NCBI GenBank assembly: GCA_964203005.1
Contig: CAXNKV010000001.1
Location: 102,712 to 166,711 of the forward strand
Origin: Mycobacterium sp.
GTDB taxonomy: Bacteria > Actinomycetota > Actinomycetes > Mycobacteriales > Mycobacteriaceae
Reading direction: 5' to 3'
Length of the DNA: 64,000 bases
Each line of letters starts with the position of its first letter. Position 1 is the stretch's first letter. Below are positions 18,897 through 26,438 of this stretch, one piece after another. Made by a program: the position numbers and the translations under genes. The notes beneath the pieces were generated by a model. It saw only the letters and a list, made by a program, of their open reading frames with translations. It made no database searches and was not told the origin of the DNA.

Positions 18897-20470
18897 ATCC
18901 GGCTAGCCCGAATACGCCTGCGCTTCGCCGCATCCACCACGTAGCGATCATCTGCTCGGACTACGCGCGGTCGAAGACCTTCTACACACAGGTGCTGGGA
19001 TTGTCGGTGATAGCCGAGAATTACCGATCAGAACGTGCATCCTGGAAATTGGATCTTGCTCTGCCCGGTGGCGAGCGAATCGAACTGTTCTCTTTTCCGG
19101 TCGTGCCGGCTCGTCCGAGTCAACCGGAAGCCGGCGGCCTGCGGCATCTGGCCTTCGCGGTCGATGATGTCGGGGCCTGGTCGGATCACCTTCGGTCACA
19201 AGGCATCGCGGTCGAACCCATCAGGGTCGACGAGTACACCGGTTGCAGATACACGTTTTTCGCTGACCCCGACGGTCTCCCGCTGGAGCTCTACGAAACG
19301 TCGGCACCGCCGGGGCCCGACTCGGCTGGGCCCGACTCAGCTGGACTCCGACTGAATTGGGCCCGACTGAATTGGGCCCGACTCGGCTGGGCCAGACTCG
19401 GCTGGCCCCGACTCGGCCTGACGTGGTACCGCTACCGCCCGTTGACGCGGGCTGGGCGCCGACCGAACGGCAACGCCGGCAGCGGGGAGGGCGACCGGCG
19501 GACGAACGGACTGTCGCGCCCGAGGCCTGACCGGGACATCCGGTTGATCCGCCACATCTCCAGCCGCAGCAGTCTGCGCCACCGCCGGGGCCGACCGGCC
19601 GACAACGTCGGGCACAGTCGGCGCGGCGTCGGACTCGGCCTGCCGGACCGGCGAGGCCGTCACCGCCTCGCGGACATCAACCGACAGAGCGGGCGCTGCG
19701 ACGCGGGCCGCGGCGAGACCCGGTGCAGCCGACACGCTGGCCGCCGGCGGAATCAACCCGCCCGTCAACGCCGAGATGGCATTTCGAATCGAGTCGAGCA
19801 CCGACTGAACGTTGTTGCCGATGACGGACTGGACCGCGGCCAGGAAGGTCACCGGCAGCGCGCTGACCAAGCCGTTGATCTGTGCGGTCAGATAGGCCTG
19901 AAGGTTTTGGCCCGCCTCGGCGATGGCCTGACCGATGGAGGTGATCGGTGCGACCAGGCCGGTACTGAGGGTTTCCAACGCGGTTGGTACGTCCCCGGTG
20001 CCCAGCGACTGGACCGCGCTGAGTACGACCGTGGGGATGCCGCCCAGGGCCGTGCCGAACCTGACCGGGATCGAGTTGGGGCCGATCACCAGGTCGGAGA
20101 TCGCGGTGCCGACGTAGCCCAGCAGACTGGAGACGGCGGAGGTGACCAGAGGTGTGGCCTGGCTGATGAACTCAGTGGCGATCGCATTGACAAAATCGGC
20201 GGGAAGCAGTCCGGAGATATCGGGGATGACGCCACCGAGGCCGAGGGTCTGCAGCAGTCCGACGAGATCGCTGTAGGAGACCGTGAGTGCGGTCAGCGTG
20301 AACTCCGCGACCACGGGCGGCGGAACCGCCACGGCATGGGCGCCGACCGATCCGACCGGCGCCAGTACGGTCGCCCCGACGACCGTCGCGGCAGCCAGTC
20401 CTGCGGTCAGTTTCGACCGAACCGAGATCTGCACGTGTACTCCCCTCGACCGAAGACCGTTGCGGTCTGA
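18893..20470 (+). CDS. VOC/glyoxalase-family protein (YaeR-like); the conserved domain ends at 19297 but the formal ORF has no stop until 20470
   Basis: GTG 18893 overlaps the stop of the upstream gene (GTGA). The domain reads RRIHHVAIICSDYARSKTFYTQVLGL...GLRHLAFAVDD...FFADPDGLPLELYE. The rest of the ORF is Arg/Asp/Gly-rich and antisense to gene 19337-20434. Confidence 0.6.
   Translation: MNPASPNTPALRRIHHVAIICSDYARSKTFYTQVLGLSVIAENYRSERASWKLDLALPGGERIELFSFPVVPARPSQPEAGGLRHLAFAVDDVGAWSDHLRSQGIAVEPIRVDEYTGCRYTFFADPDGLPLELYETSAPPGPDSAGPDSAGLRLNWARLNWARLGWARLGWPRLGLTWYRYRPLTRAGRRPNGNAGSGEGDRRTNGLSRPRPDRDIRLIRHISSRSSLRHRRGRPADNVGHSRRGVGLGLPDRRGRHRLADINRQSGRCDAGRGETRCSRHAGRRRNQPARQRRDGISNRVEHRLNVVADDGLDRGQEGHRQRADQAVDLCGQIGLKVLARLGDGLTDGGDRCDQAGTEGFQRGWYVPGAQRLDRAEYDRGDAAQGRAEPDRDRVGADHQVGDRGADVAQQTGDGGGDQRCGLADELSGDRIDKIGGKQSGDIGDDATEAEGLQQSDEIAVGDRECGQRELRDHGRRNRHGMGADRSDRRQYGRPDDRRGSQSCGQFRPNRDLHVYSPRPKTVAV
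19323..19427. repeat. 15-bp tandem repeat, about 7 copies (consensus TGGGCCCGACTCGGC)
   Basis: Read directly. On the minus strand it encodes (A/I)(E/Q)SGP pentapeptide repeats at the C-terminus of gene 19337-20434. On the plus strand it is read through by the VOC ORF. Confidence 0.9.
19337..20434 (-). CDS. Secreted Ala/Gly/Val/Ser-rich protein with a C-terminal pentapeptide repeat; unknown function
   Basis: ORF 19337-20578 trimmed to GTG 20434 (AGGGGAG upstream). The signal peptide is VQISVRSKLTAGLAAATVVGATVLAPVGSVGAHA. Third-codon-position G/C is high by eye, consistent with real coding. Confidence 0.72.
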   Translation of the reverse strand: MQISVRSKLTAGLAAATVVGATVLAPVGSVGAHAVAVPPPVVAEFTLTALTVSYSDLVGLLQTLGLGGVIPDISGLLPADFVNAIATEFISQATPLVTSAVSSLLGYVGTAISDLVIGPNSIPVRFGTALGGIPTVVLSAVQSLGTGDVPTALETLSTGLVAPITSIGQAIAEAGQNLQAYLTAQINGLVSALPVTFLAAVQSVIGNNVQSVLDSIRNAISALTGGLIPPAASVSAAPGLAAARVAAPALSVDVREAVTASPVRQAESDAAPTVPDVVGRSAPAVAQTAAAGDVADQPDVPVRPRARQSVRPPVALPAAGVAVRSAPSPRQRAVAVPRQAESGPAESGPAESGPIQSGPIQSESS

Positions 20471-20578
20471 ACCTGAGAATAGCCTGAGCGGGCAAAAAAC
20501 GCGAGGTAACGCCTGCCTGCCCGGGGCCCGGCACACGCCGCCGCCGGCCCAGCACGGGGCGGCCGCCGGACCAGCCAC

Positions 20579-21787
20579 CTAGGCGGTGGCGTTACCGGCT
20601 TTCCATTGCTCCCAGGGAATGTTCCAGTCCCCGAGGCCCTCGGTACCGGACAGCACGGAACCCACGGTGCCGCGCACCTCAATCACGTCGCCCCGCTTGG
20701 AGTTGTTGTAGAACCACTGGGCGTTCGCCGGGCTGACGTTAAGACACCCGTGGCTGACGTTCGCGCTGCCCTGGGAACCAACCGACCATGGTGCCGAATG
20801 GACGTAAACGCCGCTGTAGGACATCTGGGTGGCCCAGTCCACCTCAAGCCGGTATCCATTGGGGGAATTGGATGGAACTCCGTAGGTGGCGGAATCCATG
20901 ATCAGGTTCCGGTACCGGTCGCCGATGGTGTAGACGCCGTTGGGTGTCGGGGTGGTGTTCTTTCCCATTGAGATCGGCATGGTGTTGACGATCTCGCCAT
21001 TGCGCCTGATGGTCAGCGTCTTGGTGCTGTCATCGGCGGTGCCGACCAGCGAGTCGCCGATGCTGAAACTTGCAGAGCGATTGCGCTGGCCGAACAACCC
21101 GTCGCCCAGGTCGGCACCGAAAGTGTTGACGGCGACATCGACCGTGGTCCCCGGCACCCAGAAATCCCTTGGGCGCCAACGCACCTCGCGATTGCTCAAC
21201 CAGTAGAACGCGCCGACCACCGGCGGGTCCGTGGTGACCACGATGGCTTTCTCGGCCGCGACGCGGTCCGGGATGTTCTCGTCGAAGCGCACCGCGATGG
21301 CCTGCCCCACCCCGACCACCTCGCCGTCATTGGGCATCAGGTAGGGCATGGTGAGATTGGCCGGCGAGTGCGATTCGAAGGTGATCGTTCGGGTGCTTGA
21401 CCCGCCGAGTCCCAGGGACTTCGCCGTGATGGTGTACTCGTTGTTGTAGTCCAGTGGTTCGGTCGCTGACCAGCCAAGTCCATCCGGCGTCAAGTCGCCA
21501 GGCACCGATTCGCCCACATCGTTGACCATGGTCACCGAACCCAGAACGCCGCCCTGGACCGAAACGGTGATCGGCTGATCGACCAGAACCCCGACCGACC
21601 CGTCGGACACCGTCGCAGTCAGCTCCGGTACCAGTAGGTCGCTGTACGGGGTGCCCTTGTCCGTGAGCACCGTGGGCGCTGACGAACCCTGCGCTCCGCA
21701 GGCGCTCACCCCGAGCATCGCGGTCGCCACCATCAGCGACACCACCAATAGCGACCGCGACCGGCGTGCCGGTTCCAGTGGTCGCAT
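20579..21787 (-). CDS. ldtB: L,D-transpeptidase lipoprotein (YkuD domain)
   Basis: 402 aa with lipobox LGVSAC and the catalytic motif SHGCLNVS, preceded by Ig-like N-terminal domains. Its position next to tRNA-Lys matches lppS/Rv2518c. Confidence 0.92.
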   Translation of the reverse strand: MRPLEPARRSRSLLVVSLMVATAMLGVSACGAQGSSAPTVLTDKGTPYSDLLVPELTATVSDGSVGVLVDQPITVSVQGGVLGSVTMVNDVGESVPGDLTPDGLGWSATEPLDYNNEYTITAKSLGLGGSSTRTITFESHSPANLTMPYLMPNDGEVVGVGQAIAVRFDENIPDRVAAEKAIVVTTDPPVVGAFYWLSNREVRWRPRDFWVPGTTVDVAVNTFGADLGDGLFGQRNRSASFSIGDSLVGTADDSTKTLTIRRNGEIVNTMPISMGKNTTPTPNGVYTIGDRYRNLIMDSATYGVPSNSPNGYRLEVDWATQMSYSGVYVHSAPWSVGSQGSANVSHGCLNVSPANAQWFYNNSKRGDVIEVRGTVGSVLSGTEGLGDWNIPWEQWKAGNATA

Positions 21788-21920
21788 GCGGGCTCCTCCA
21801 TCGAAATCTGCGTGTCGGCCAATTCTAAGTGCACCCGAAGTCCACCGCGACTTCCCAGCTCAGGGTACGTGGACATGGGATTTCCCCACACCGGTGCCCG
21901 GCTGTTATTGTCTCCCGATT

Positions 21921-21993
<73 letters not shown>

Positions 21994-22093
21994 CCAGCGA
22001 GAAATTCTTCGGGCATCACAGGATTCTGCGATCCCGAACCGGCGTCGTTGCTACCGTGAGCCTGACGACGAAGCCGACCGCAGCGAGGCGCCC

Positions 22094-22336
22094 ATGACCA
22101 CCCACAAGTCGTATACGCGCGTGACATCGGTGGCAATGTGTGCCGCGGCTCTGCTGGCCATCGTGCTCAATCTGACGCTTGGGGACTGGGTCGCGTCGCT
22201 GCACCTGGCGATCGTGATCGTCTTCACCATCATGACCCTCATGTTGGCCACGCACGCGCTACTCACCGCTATCGCTCGTCGGCGCCGCCGCGGTGACCCC
22301 CCGGGGCACCAAGGCGAATATGGTCTTGCCGCGTAA
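22094..22336 (+). CDS. Small membrane protein with two predicted TM helices (hypothetical)
   Basis: 80-aa ORF with hydrophobic stretches VAMCAAALLAIVLNLTL and LHLAIVIVFTIMTLMLATHALL and a basic tail. There is no family evidence. Confidence 0.4.
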   Translation: MTTHKSYTRVTSVAMCAAALLAIVLNLTLGDWVASLHLAIVIVFTIMTLMLATHALLTAIARRRRRGDPPGHQGEYGLAA

Positions 22337-22419
22337 CCACGCCGCCGGCAGCGGCCGACAGGGTTATCAAGGGCCACTTTTGTAACGGGCGTATCACGGG
22401 CACCGATATCGATATCATC

Positions 22420-22992
22420 ATGCCTGGTAAACGTCGTCTTGCTTTTCCGGTATTCACCGCTGCCGCGGTGATCCCGGTCGCCATTCTGGTCGCCGCCGGC
22501 GCCAACGGAGCGCTCCTGACCTCCCAAGAACGCGGGGCCTCGCAAGAAGCCATGAGCGCACCGATGATCGTGGTTGCCCCGGCGCCGAAGGCACTCCCCG
22601 TCGGGATCGGACTGGAACAAGGGTTGCAGGTCAAGACGATCCTCGCCGGCCGAGCCATTAGTGCGGCGTTTCCCGAGGTCCAGCACATCGGCGGTTTCCG
22701 GGCGGACAGCCTGCACTGGCATCCGGAAGGCCTTGCCATCGACGTGGCCATCCCCGACTACGACACCTCGGCGGGCCGCAGCCTTGGCGACCGGATCGTT
22801 GCTTACGTTTTTGCGAATGCCGACCGGTTCGGCCTGGAGCATGTGATCTGGCAGCGAACCTACTTTCCGGCCGATGGCCCACCGCGCCGTATGGCCGACC
22901 TCGGCTCCGACGACGCCAATCACTACACCCACGTCCATATCGCGACCGACGGCGGCGGCTACCCGACTGGCGCCGAGAAATACTTCGGCTAG
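22420..22992 (+). CDS. Secreted protein with a LAS/M15-like zinc-hydrolase signature (paralogue 1)
   Basis: 190 aa with an N-terminal signal or anchor. It has an H-x-x-G-x-A-x-D motif (HPEGLAID) and an H-x-H motif (HYTHVHIAT). By eye it is about 60 percent identical to the protein at 24149-24682. Confidence 0.78.
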   Translation: MPGKRRLAFPVFTAAAVIPVAILVAAGANGALLTSQERGASQEAMSAPMIVVAPAPKALPVGIGLEQGLQVKTILAGRAISAAFPEVQHIGGFRADSLHWHPEGLAIDVAIPDYDTSAGRSLGDRIVAYVFANADRFGLEHVIWQRTYFPADGPPRRMADLGSDDANHYTHVHIATDGGGYPTGAEKYFG

Positions 22993-23244
22993 CCACTCAC
23001 GGTAACTGCGTAAGCCCTATTGCAACGTTCTCTGCCTCTTGAACTGGCTTTATATGCCTCATCGTGGTATCCTCGGAGTTTGCTATCCGGGTATGACGCG
23101 AGGAGGGAACCATGGGGACGGATCCGCGGGGCGAGCAACCCCCACAAACTGTTCCCCTGCGCCTGCACACCTGCAACCGGGTGGGATTGCAGGCGAATCC
23201 CCCTGGGCAGCGCGGGAGCATCGGCGATTGGTTGCGACGGCGGG

Positions 23245-23493
23245 CTAACGGCGGCGAATTCCACGGAACAGCACCACGACCGTGAGCGCCCCCACGCCCA
23301 CCAGCGCGGCGGTCACCGCCGGCTGACGGACGAAACGCCGCACCGAGGTCTTGAAGTCATCGGCCAGGCGTTGCGGATTGGCCCGCTCGGCCAGCGTGTC
23401 GACCGTCAGCGCCAGCCGGTCACGGGCCGCAGCGATGTCCTGCTTGATGAGCTCGGGATCCCGGTCCACCACGTCCGTCCTCGCTTCCGCCAT
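23245..23493 (-). CDS. Small C-terminally anchored membrane protein (DUF3618-like, Rv2520c-like)
   Basis: 82 aa: MAEARTDVVDRDPELIKQDIAAARDRLALTVDTLAE... with a C-terminal TM helix AVTAALVGVGALTVVVLF. Confidence 0.7.
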   Translation of the reverse strand: MAEARTDVVDRDPELIKQDIAAARDRLALTVDTLAERANPQRLADDFKTSVRRFVRQPAVTAALVGVGALTVVVLFRGIRRR

Positions 23494-23578
23494 CCATGCC
23501 GCACTGCCGCATTACCCTAGATCAGCGAAGGGCCTCAAGAGGCCATCGGGGGACGAACCGACGACGAAGGGACCAAAC

Positions 23579-24058
23579 GTGACCGACGCCGCGCGCCTTG
23601 AGGTCGGCCAAACAGCACCGGGATTCAGCCTGCCGGATGCCGACGGCAACACCGTCAGGCTTGCCGATTTCAAGGGCCGCACAGTGATCGTCTACTTCTA
23701 CCCGGCCGCCTCGACACCCGGATGCACCAAACAGGCCTGCACCTTCCGAGACAGTCTCGCCGGGCTCAATGGCGCCGGCATTGACGTGGTCGGCATCTCG
23801 CCGGATAAGCCCGAAAAGCTGGCGAAGTTCCGCGATGCCGAGGCGCTCACCTTTCCGCTGCTGTCGGATCCGGAAAGGAAAGTCCTCACCGCCTGGGGCA
23901 CCTTCGGGGAGAAGAAGATGTACGGCAAGACGGTCCAGGGCGTCATCCGGTCGACGTTCCTTATCGATGAAAAGGGGAAGATCGCCTTGGCGCAGTACAA
24001 CGTCAAGGCTGCAGCTGCGGCAACACTGATTCAGAAGATCATCGCGGGGATCGACTGA
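23579..24058 (+). CDS. bcp: Peroxiredoxin Bcp (thiol peroxidase)
   Basis: ORF 23351-24058 trimmed to GTG 23579 (VTDAARLEVGQTAPGFSLPDADGN). The active site is FYPAASTPGCTKQAC. Confidence 0.9.
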   Translation: MTDAARLEVGQTAPGFSLPDADGNTVRLADFKGRTVIVYFYPAASTPGCTKQACTFRDSLAGLNGAGIDVVGISPDKPEKLAKFRDAEALTFPLLSDPERKVLTAWGTFGEKKMYGKTVQGVIRSTFLIDEKGKIALAQYNVKAAAAATLIQKIIAGID

Positions 24059-24148
24059 TTAGCGTTGCGGCGAAAAGGTTCTTGATTGCCGAGCGCGCAT
24101 TTCTGACGCACGAGTAACGCGGGGGACGCAGGGACCGACATCACGGTC

Positions 24149-24682
24149 ATGACACAGCGCGGACGCCTGCTCAGCCGGCTGGCAGCCGTTGTGGCTGTTT
24201 CCGTCGCGCTCGCCGGAGCGTCCGTGGCACCGGCACACGCCACCGAGCCATCTGACGCTCAGCTGGTTTCCAGCCAGCGATCAGCCGTTTCGGTTGCCGG
24301 CTCTGAGCGCGGATTGCAGATTCAGACGATCATGGCCAGACGAGCCATAGTCTCGCGATTCCCCGAGATTCGGGAGATCGGCGGGGTCCGGCCCGACAGC
24401 ATGAAGTGGCACCCCGAAGGCCTGGCAATCGATGTGATCATTCCGGATTGGCAGACGCCGGCCGGCAGAGCACTCGGAGACCGCATCGCTAAGTTCATCT
24501 CCGACAACGGCAGGCGGTTCGGACTCGAGTACCTCATCTGGCAGCGGATGTACATTCCCGCCGAGGGCAAGTCGTACCTAATGAACGACGCCGGCAATCC
24601 CGACGCCAACCACTTCACCCACGTCCACATCGCCACCTACGGCGGCGGTTACCCGACCGGCCGGGAGAATTTCCTCGACTAG
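24149..24682 (+). CDS. Secreted protein with a LAS/M15-like zinc-hydrolase signature (paralogue 2)
   Basis: 177 aa with signal peptide ...AVSVALAGASVAPAHA. It carries the same HPEGLAID and HFTHVHIAT motifs as 22420-22992. Confidence 0.8.
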   Translation: MTQRGRLLSRLAAVVAVSVALAGASVAPAHATEPSDAQLVSSQRSAVSVAGSERGLQIQTIMARRAIVSRFPEIREIGGVRPDSMKWHPEGLAIDVIIPDWQTPAGRALGDRIAKFISDNGRRFGLEYLIWQRMYIPAEGKSYLMNDAGNPDANHFTHVHIATYGGGYPTGRENFLD

Positions 24683-26017
24683 TCACACGTGCGTGCCGAG
24701 CATGCCCAGCAGCAGCGCCTCGGTCACCGCGGCGCGTTCGAGCACGCCCAGGTGCAGGCTCTCATTAACGCTGTGTGCCTGGGTGCCGGGATCCTCCACA
24801 CCGGTGACCAGGATCGTGGCGCTGGGGAACGCCTCGGCGAACTCGGCGATGAAGGGGATGGACCCGCCCATTCCCATGTCGACGGCGTCGACGCCCCATG
24901 CCTGCCTGAAGGCTGCGCGGGCCGCGTCGTAGACCGGACCCGTCGCGTCGATGGCGTAGGGCTGGCCGATGTCACCGGGAGTGACGGTCACCTGTGCGCC
25001 CCACGGGATATGTGACTCAAGGTGGCGACGCAGCGCCGCGAGGTGCTCGGTGGCGTCTCCGCCGGGCGCCACCCGCAGGCTGATCTTCGCCCTGGCACTC
25101 GGTATCAGTGTGTTGGACGCCTTGGCGATCGGTGTGGTGTCGATACCGATGACGGTGATCGCAGATTTGGCCCACAGTCGTTGCGCCACAGTGCCGGTGC
25201 CGATTTCGCTGACTCCGTCGAGCAGTCCGGATTCGGCCCTGACCCACTGCGCGCCGCGATCGACTGCCGCCGCCTGCGCCTCGTGCAGTCCGGCTACCGC
25301 GACATTGCCGTCGTCATCGTGCAGGGTGGCCAGCAGTCGGATCAGCGCGGTCAGCGCGTCGGGCACCACCCCGCCCCAGATACCCGAGTGCAGACCGTGA
25401 TCGAGGGTCGCGACCTCGACGACACAGTCGACAAGCCCGCGTAGTGACACCGTCAGCGCCGGAATATCGACGGAGAAGTTGTCCGAGTCGGCGATCACGA
25501 TGACATCGGCCGACAATTTGTGTTTGTGGACCTTCAGCAACCGACCCAGCGACGGAGAGCCGCACTCTTCCTCACCTTCGACGAACACCGTCACCCCGAC
25601 CGGCGGATTTCCCTCGTGAGCGCGGAACGCGGCGAGATGGATTGCGATGCCGGCTTTGTCGTCGGCGGTACCACGACCGTACAACCGGCCATCACGCTCG
25701 GTGGGTTCAAACGGCGCTGAATCCCATTGCGCCGGATCGCCTTCCGGCTGGACGTCGTGGTGGGCATAGAGCAACACAGTCGGCGCGCCCGGCGGGGCGG
25801 GGTGACGGGCGATGACCGCGGGCGCTCCACCTTCGCTCACAATTTCCACCTGCGCAAACCCGGCGTCACGCAACAGATCCGCAACCGCATCTGCACTGCG
25901 GTGGACATCGGCGCGGCGCGCCGGGTCCGACCACACCGACTCGATACGCACCAGATTCTCGAGATCGCGTCGTACATCGGGCAGGACTGCCCGCACCCGG
26001 CCGATCAGATCACTCAA
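24683..26017 (-). CDS. M20-family metallopeptidase/dipeptidase (Rv2522c-like)
   Basis: 444 aa. It begins MSDLIGRVRAVLPDVRRDLENLVRIESV and contains HHDVQP, GRGTADDKAG and EGEEECGS metal-ligand motifs. Confidence 0.9.
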   Translation of the reverse strand: MSDLIGRVRAVLPDVRRDLENLVRIESVWSDPARRADVHRSADAVADLLRDAGFAQVEIVSEGGAPAVIARHPAPPGAPTVLLYAHHDVQPEGDPAQWDSAPFEPTERDGRLYGRGTADDKAGIAIHLAAFRAHEGNPPVGVTVFVEGEEECGSPSLGRLLKVHKHKLSADVIVIADSDNFSVDIPALTVSLRGLVDCVVEVATLDHGLHSGIWGGVVPDALTALIRLLATLHDDDGNVAVAGLHEAQAAAVDRGAQWVRAESGLLDGVSEIGTGTVAQRLWAKSAITVIGIDTTPIAKASNTLIPSARAKISLRVAPGGDATEHLAALRRHLESHIPWGAQVTVTPGDIGQPYAIDATGPVYDAARAAFRQAWGVDAVDMGMGGSIPFIAEFAEAFPSATILVTGVEDPGTQAHSVNESLHLGVLERAAVTEALLLGMLGTHV

Positions 26018-26035
26018 AGCGGTTCACCCGTCGCG

Positions 26036-26428
26036 CTAGAGCGTCTCGAGGATGGCAACCGCGGCGGCGGTATCGCCCTCATGGGTCAGCGACACATGGA
26101 TGACCACGTCGGCGAGATGGTCGGCAATCGCTCCGGTCAGCCGAACCTTCGGCCGGCCCCACATATCGGTGATCACCTCGATGTCGCGGTAAATGGCCTC
26201 TGTCAGCATCGGACGCTGGGCGAACCGGGAACCCGACCACGCCTTGATGACGGCCTCCTTGGCGGCCCAGCGCGCCGCCAGATGCCTCGCGGCGAGGGAA
26301 CTCTTGTCGGCGGCGTCGCGCCGCTCACCCGGGGTGAACGTCTCGGCGAACACCGTGCCGGGTTGGTCGACCTGCTCGGCAAACTCGGGGATGGACACCA
26401 GATCGATCCCGATTCCCACTATCGCCAC
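26036..26428 (-). CDS. acpS: Holo-[acyl-carrier-protein] synthase
   Basis: ORF trimmed to GTG 26428 (VAIVGIGIDLVSIPEFAE...), giving 130 aa. It lies 10 nt downstream of the fas stop, as in Rv2523c/Rv2524c. Confidence 0.9.
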   Translation of the reverse strand: MAIVGIGIDLVSIPEFAEQVDQPGTVFAETFTPGERRDAADKSSLAARHLAARWAAKEAVIKAWSGSRFAQRPMLTEAIYRDIEVITDMWGRPKVRLTGAIADHLADVVIHVSLTHEGDTAAAVAILETL

Positions 26429-26438
26429 GCCGCGAACC

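Noticed and set aside
19323-19427. Tandem repeat arrays (also 2768-2844, 45166-45270 and 50497-50547) considered as CRISPR.
   Set aside because: The units are contiguous with no unique spacers, are 15-28 bp long and mostly lie inside coding sequence. No cas genes are present.
20560-20578. The 8-nt string CAGCCACC is shared with the tRNA-His 3' end, which could mark an att-type direct repeat bounding the 16.0-20.6 kb islet.
   Set aside because: It is too short to be significant in GC-rich DNA, and no integrase gene is present.
22405-22416. Perfect 12-bp palindrome GATATCGATATC ending 3 nt before ATG 22420.
   Set aside because: It is a short duplicated EcoRV-like hexamer that could arise by chance. 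No partner regulator or second site was seen. I note it only as a curiosity.
23150-23225. C-rich runs and CCTGGGCA / ACCGGGTGGGA strings reminiscent of the 6C sRNA or the ZTP (pfl) riboswitch.
   Set aside because: The order and spacing of the conserved elements do not fit either family as I remember them. The region is downstream of both flanking genes, not in a 5' leader.
24680-24685. Convergent genes whose stop codons abut with zero spacer (TAG|TCA here, and TGA|TCA at 46562-46567). Convergent overlaps also occur at 40566-40569 and 56070-56080.
   Set aside because: Tight or overlapping convergent ends are common in compact high-GC actinobacterial genomes. There is no evidence of special function.
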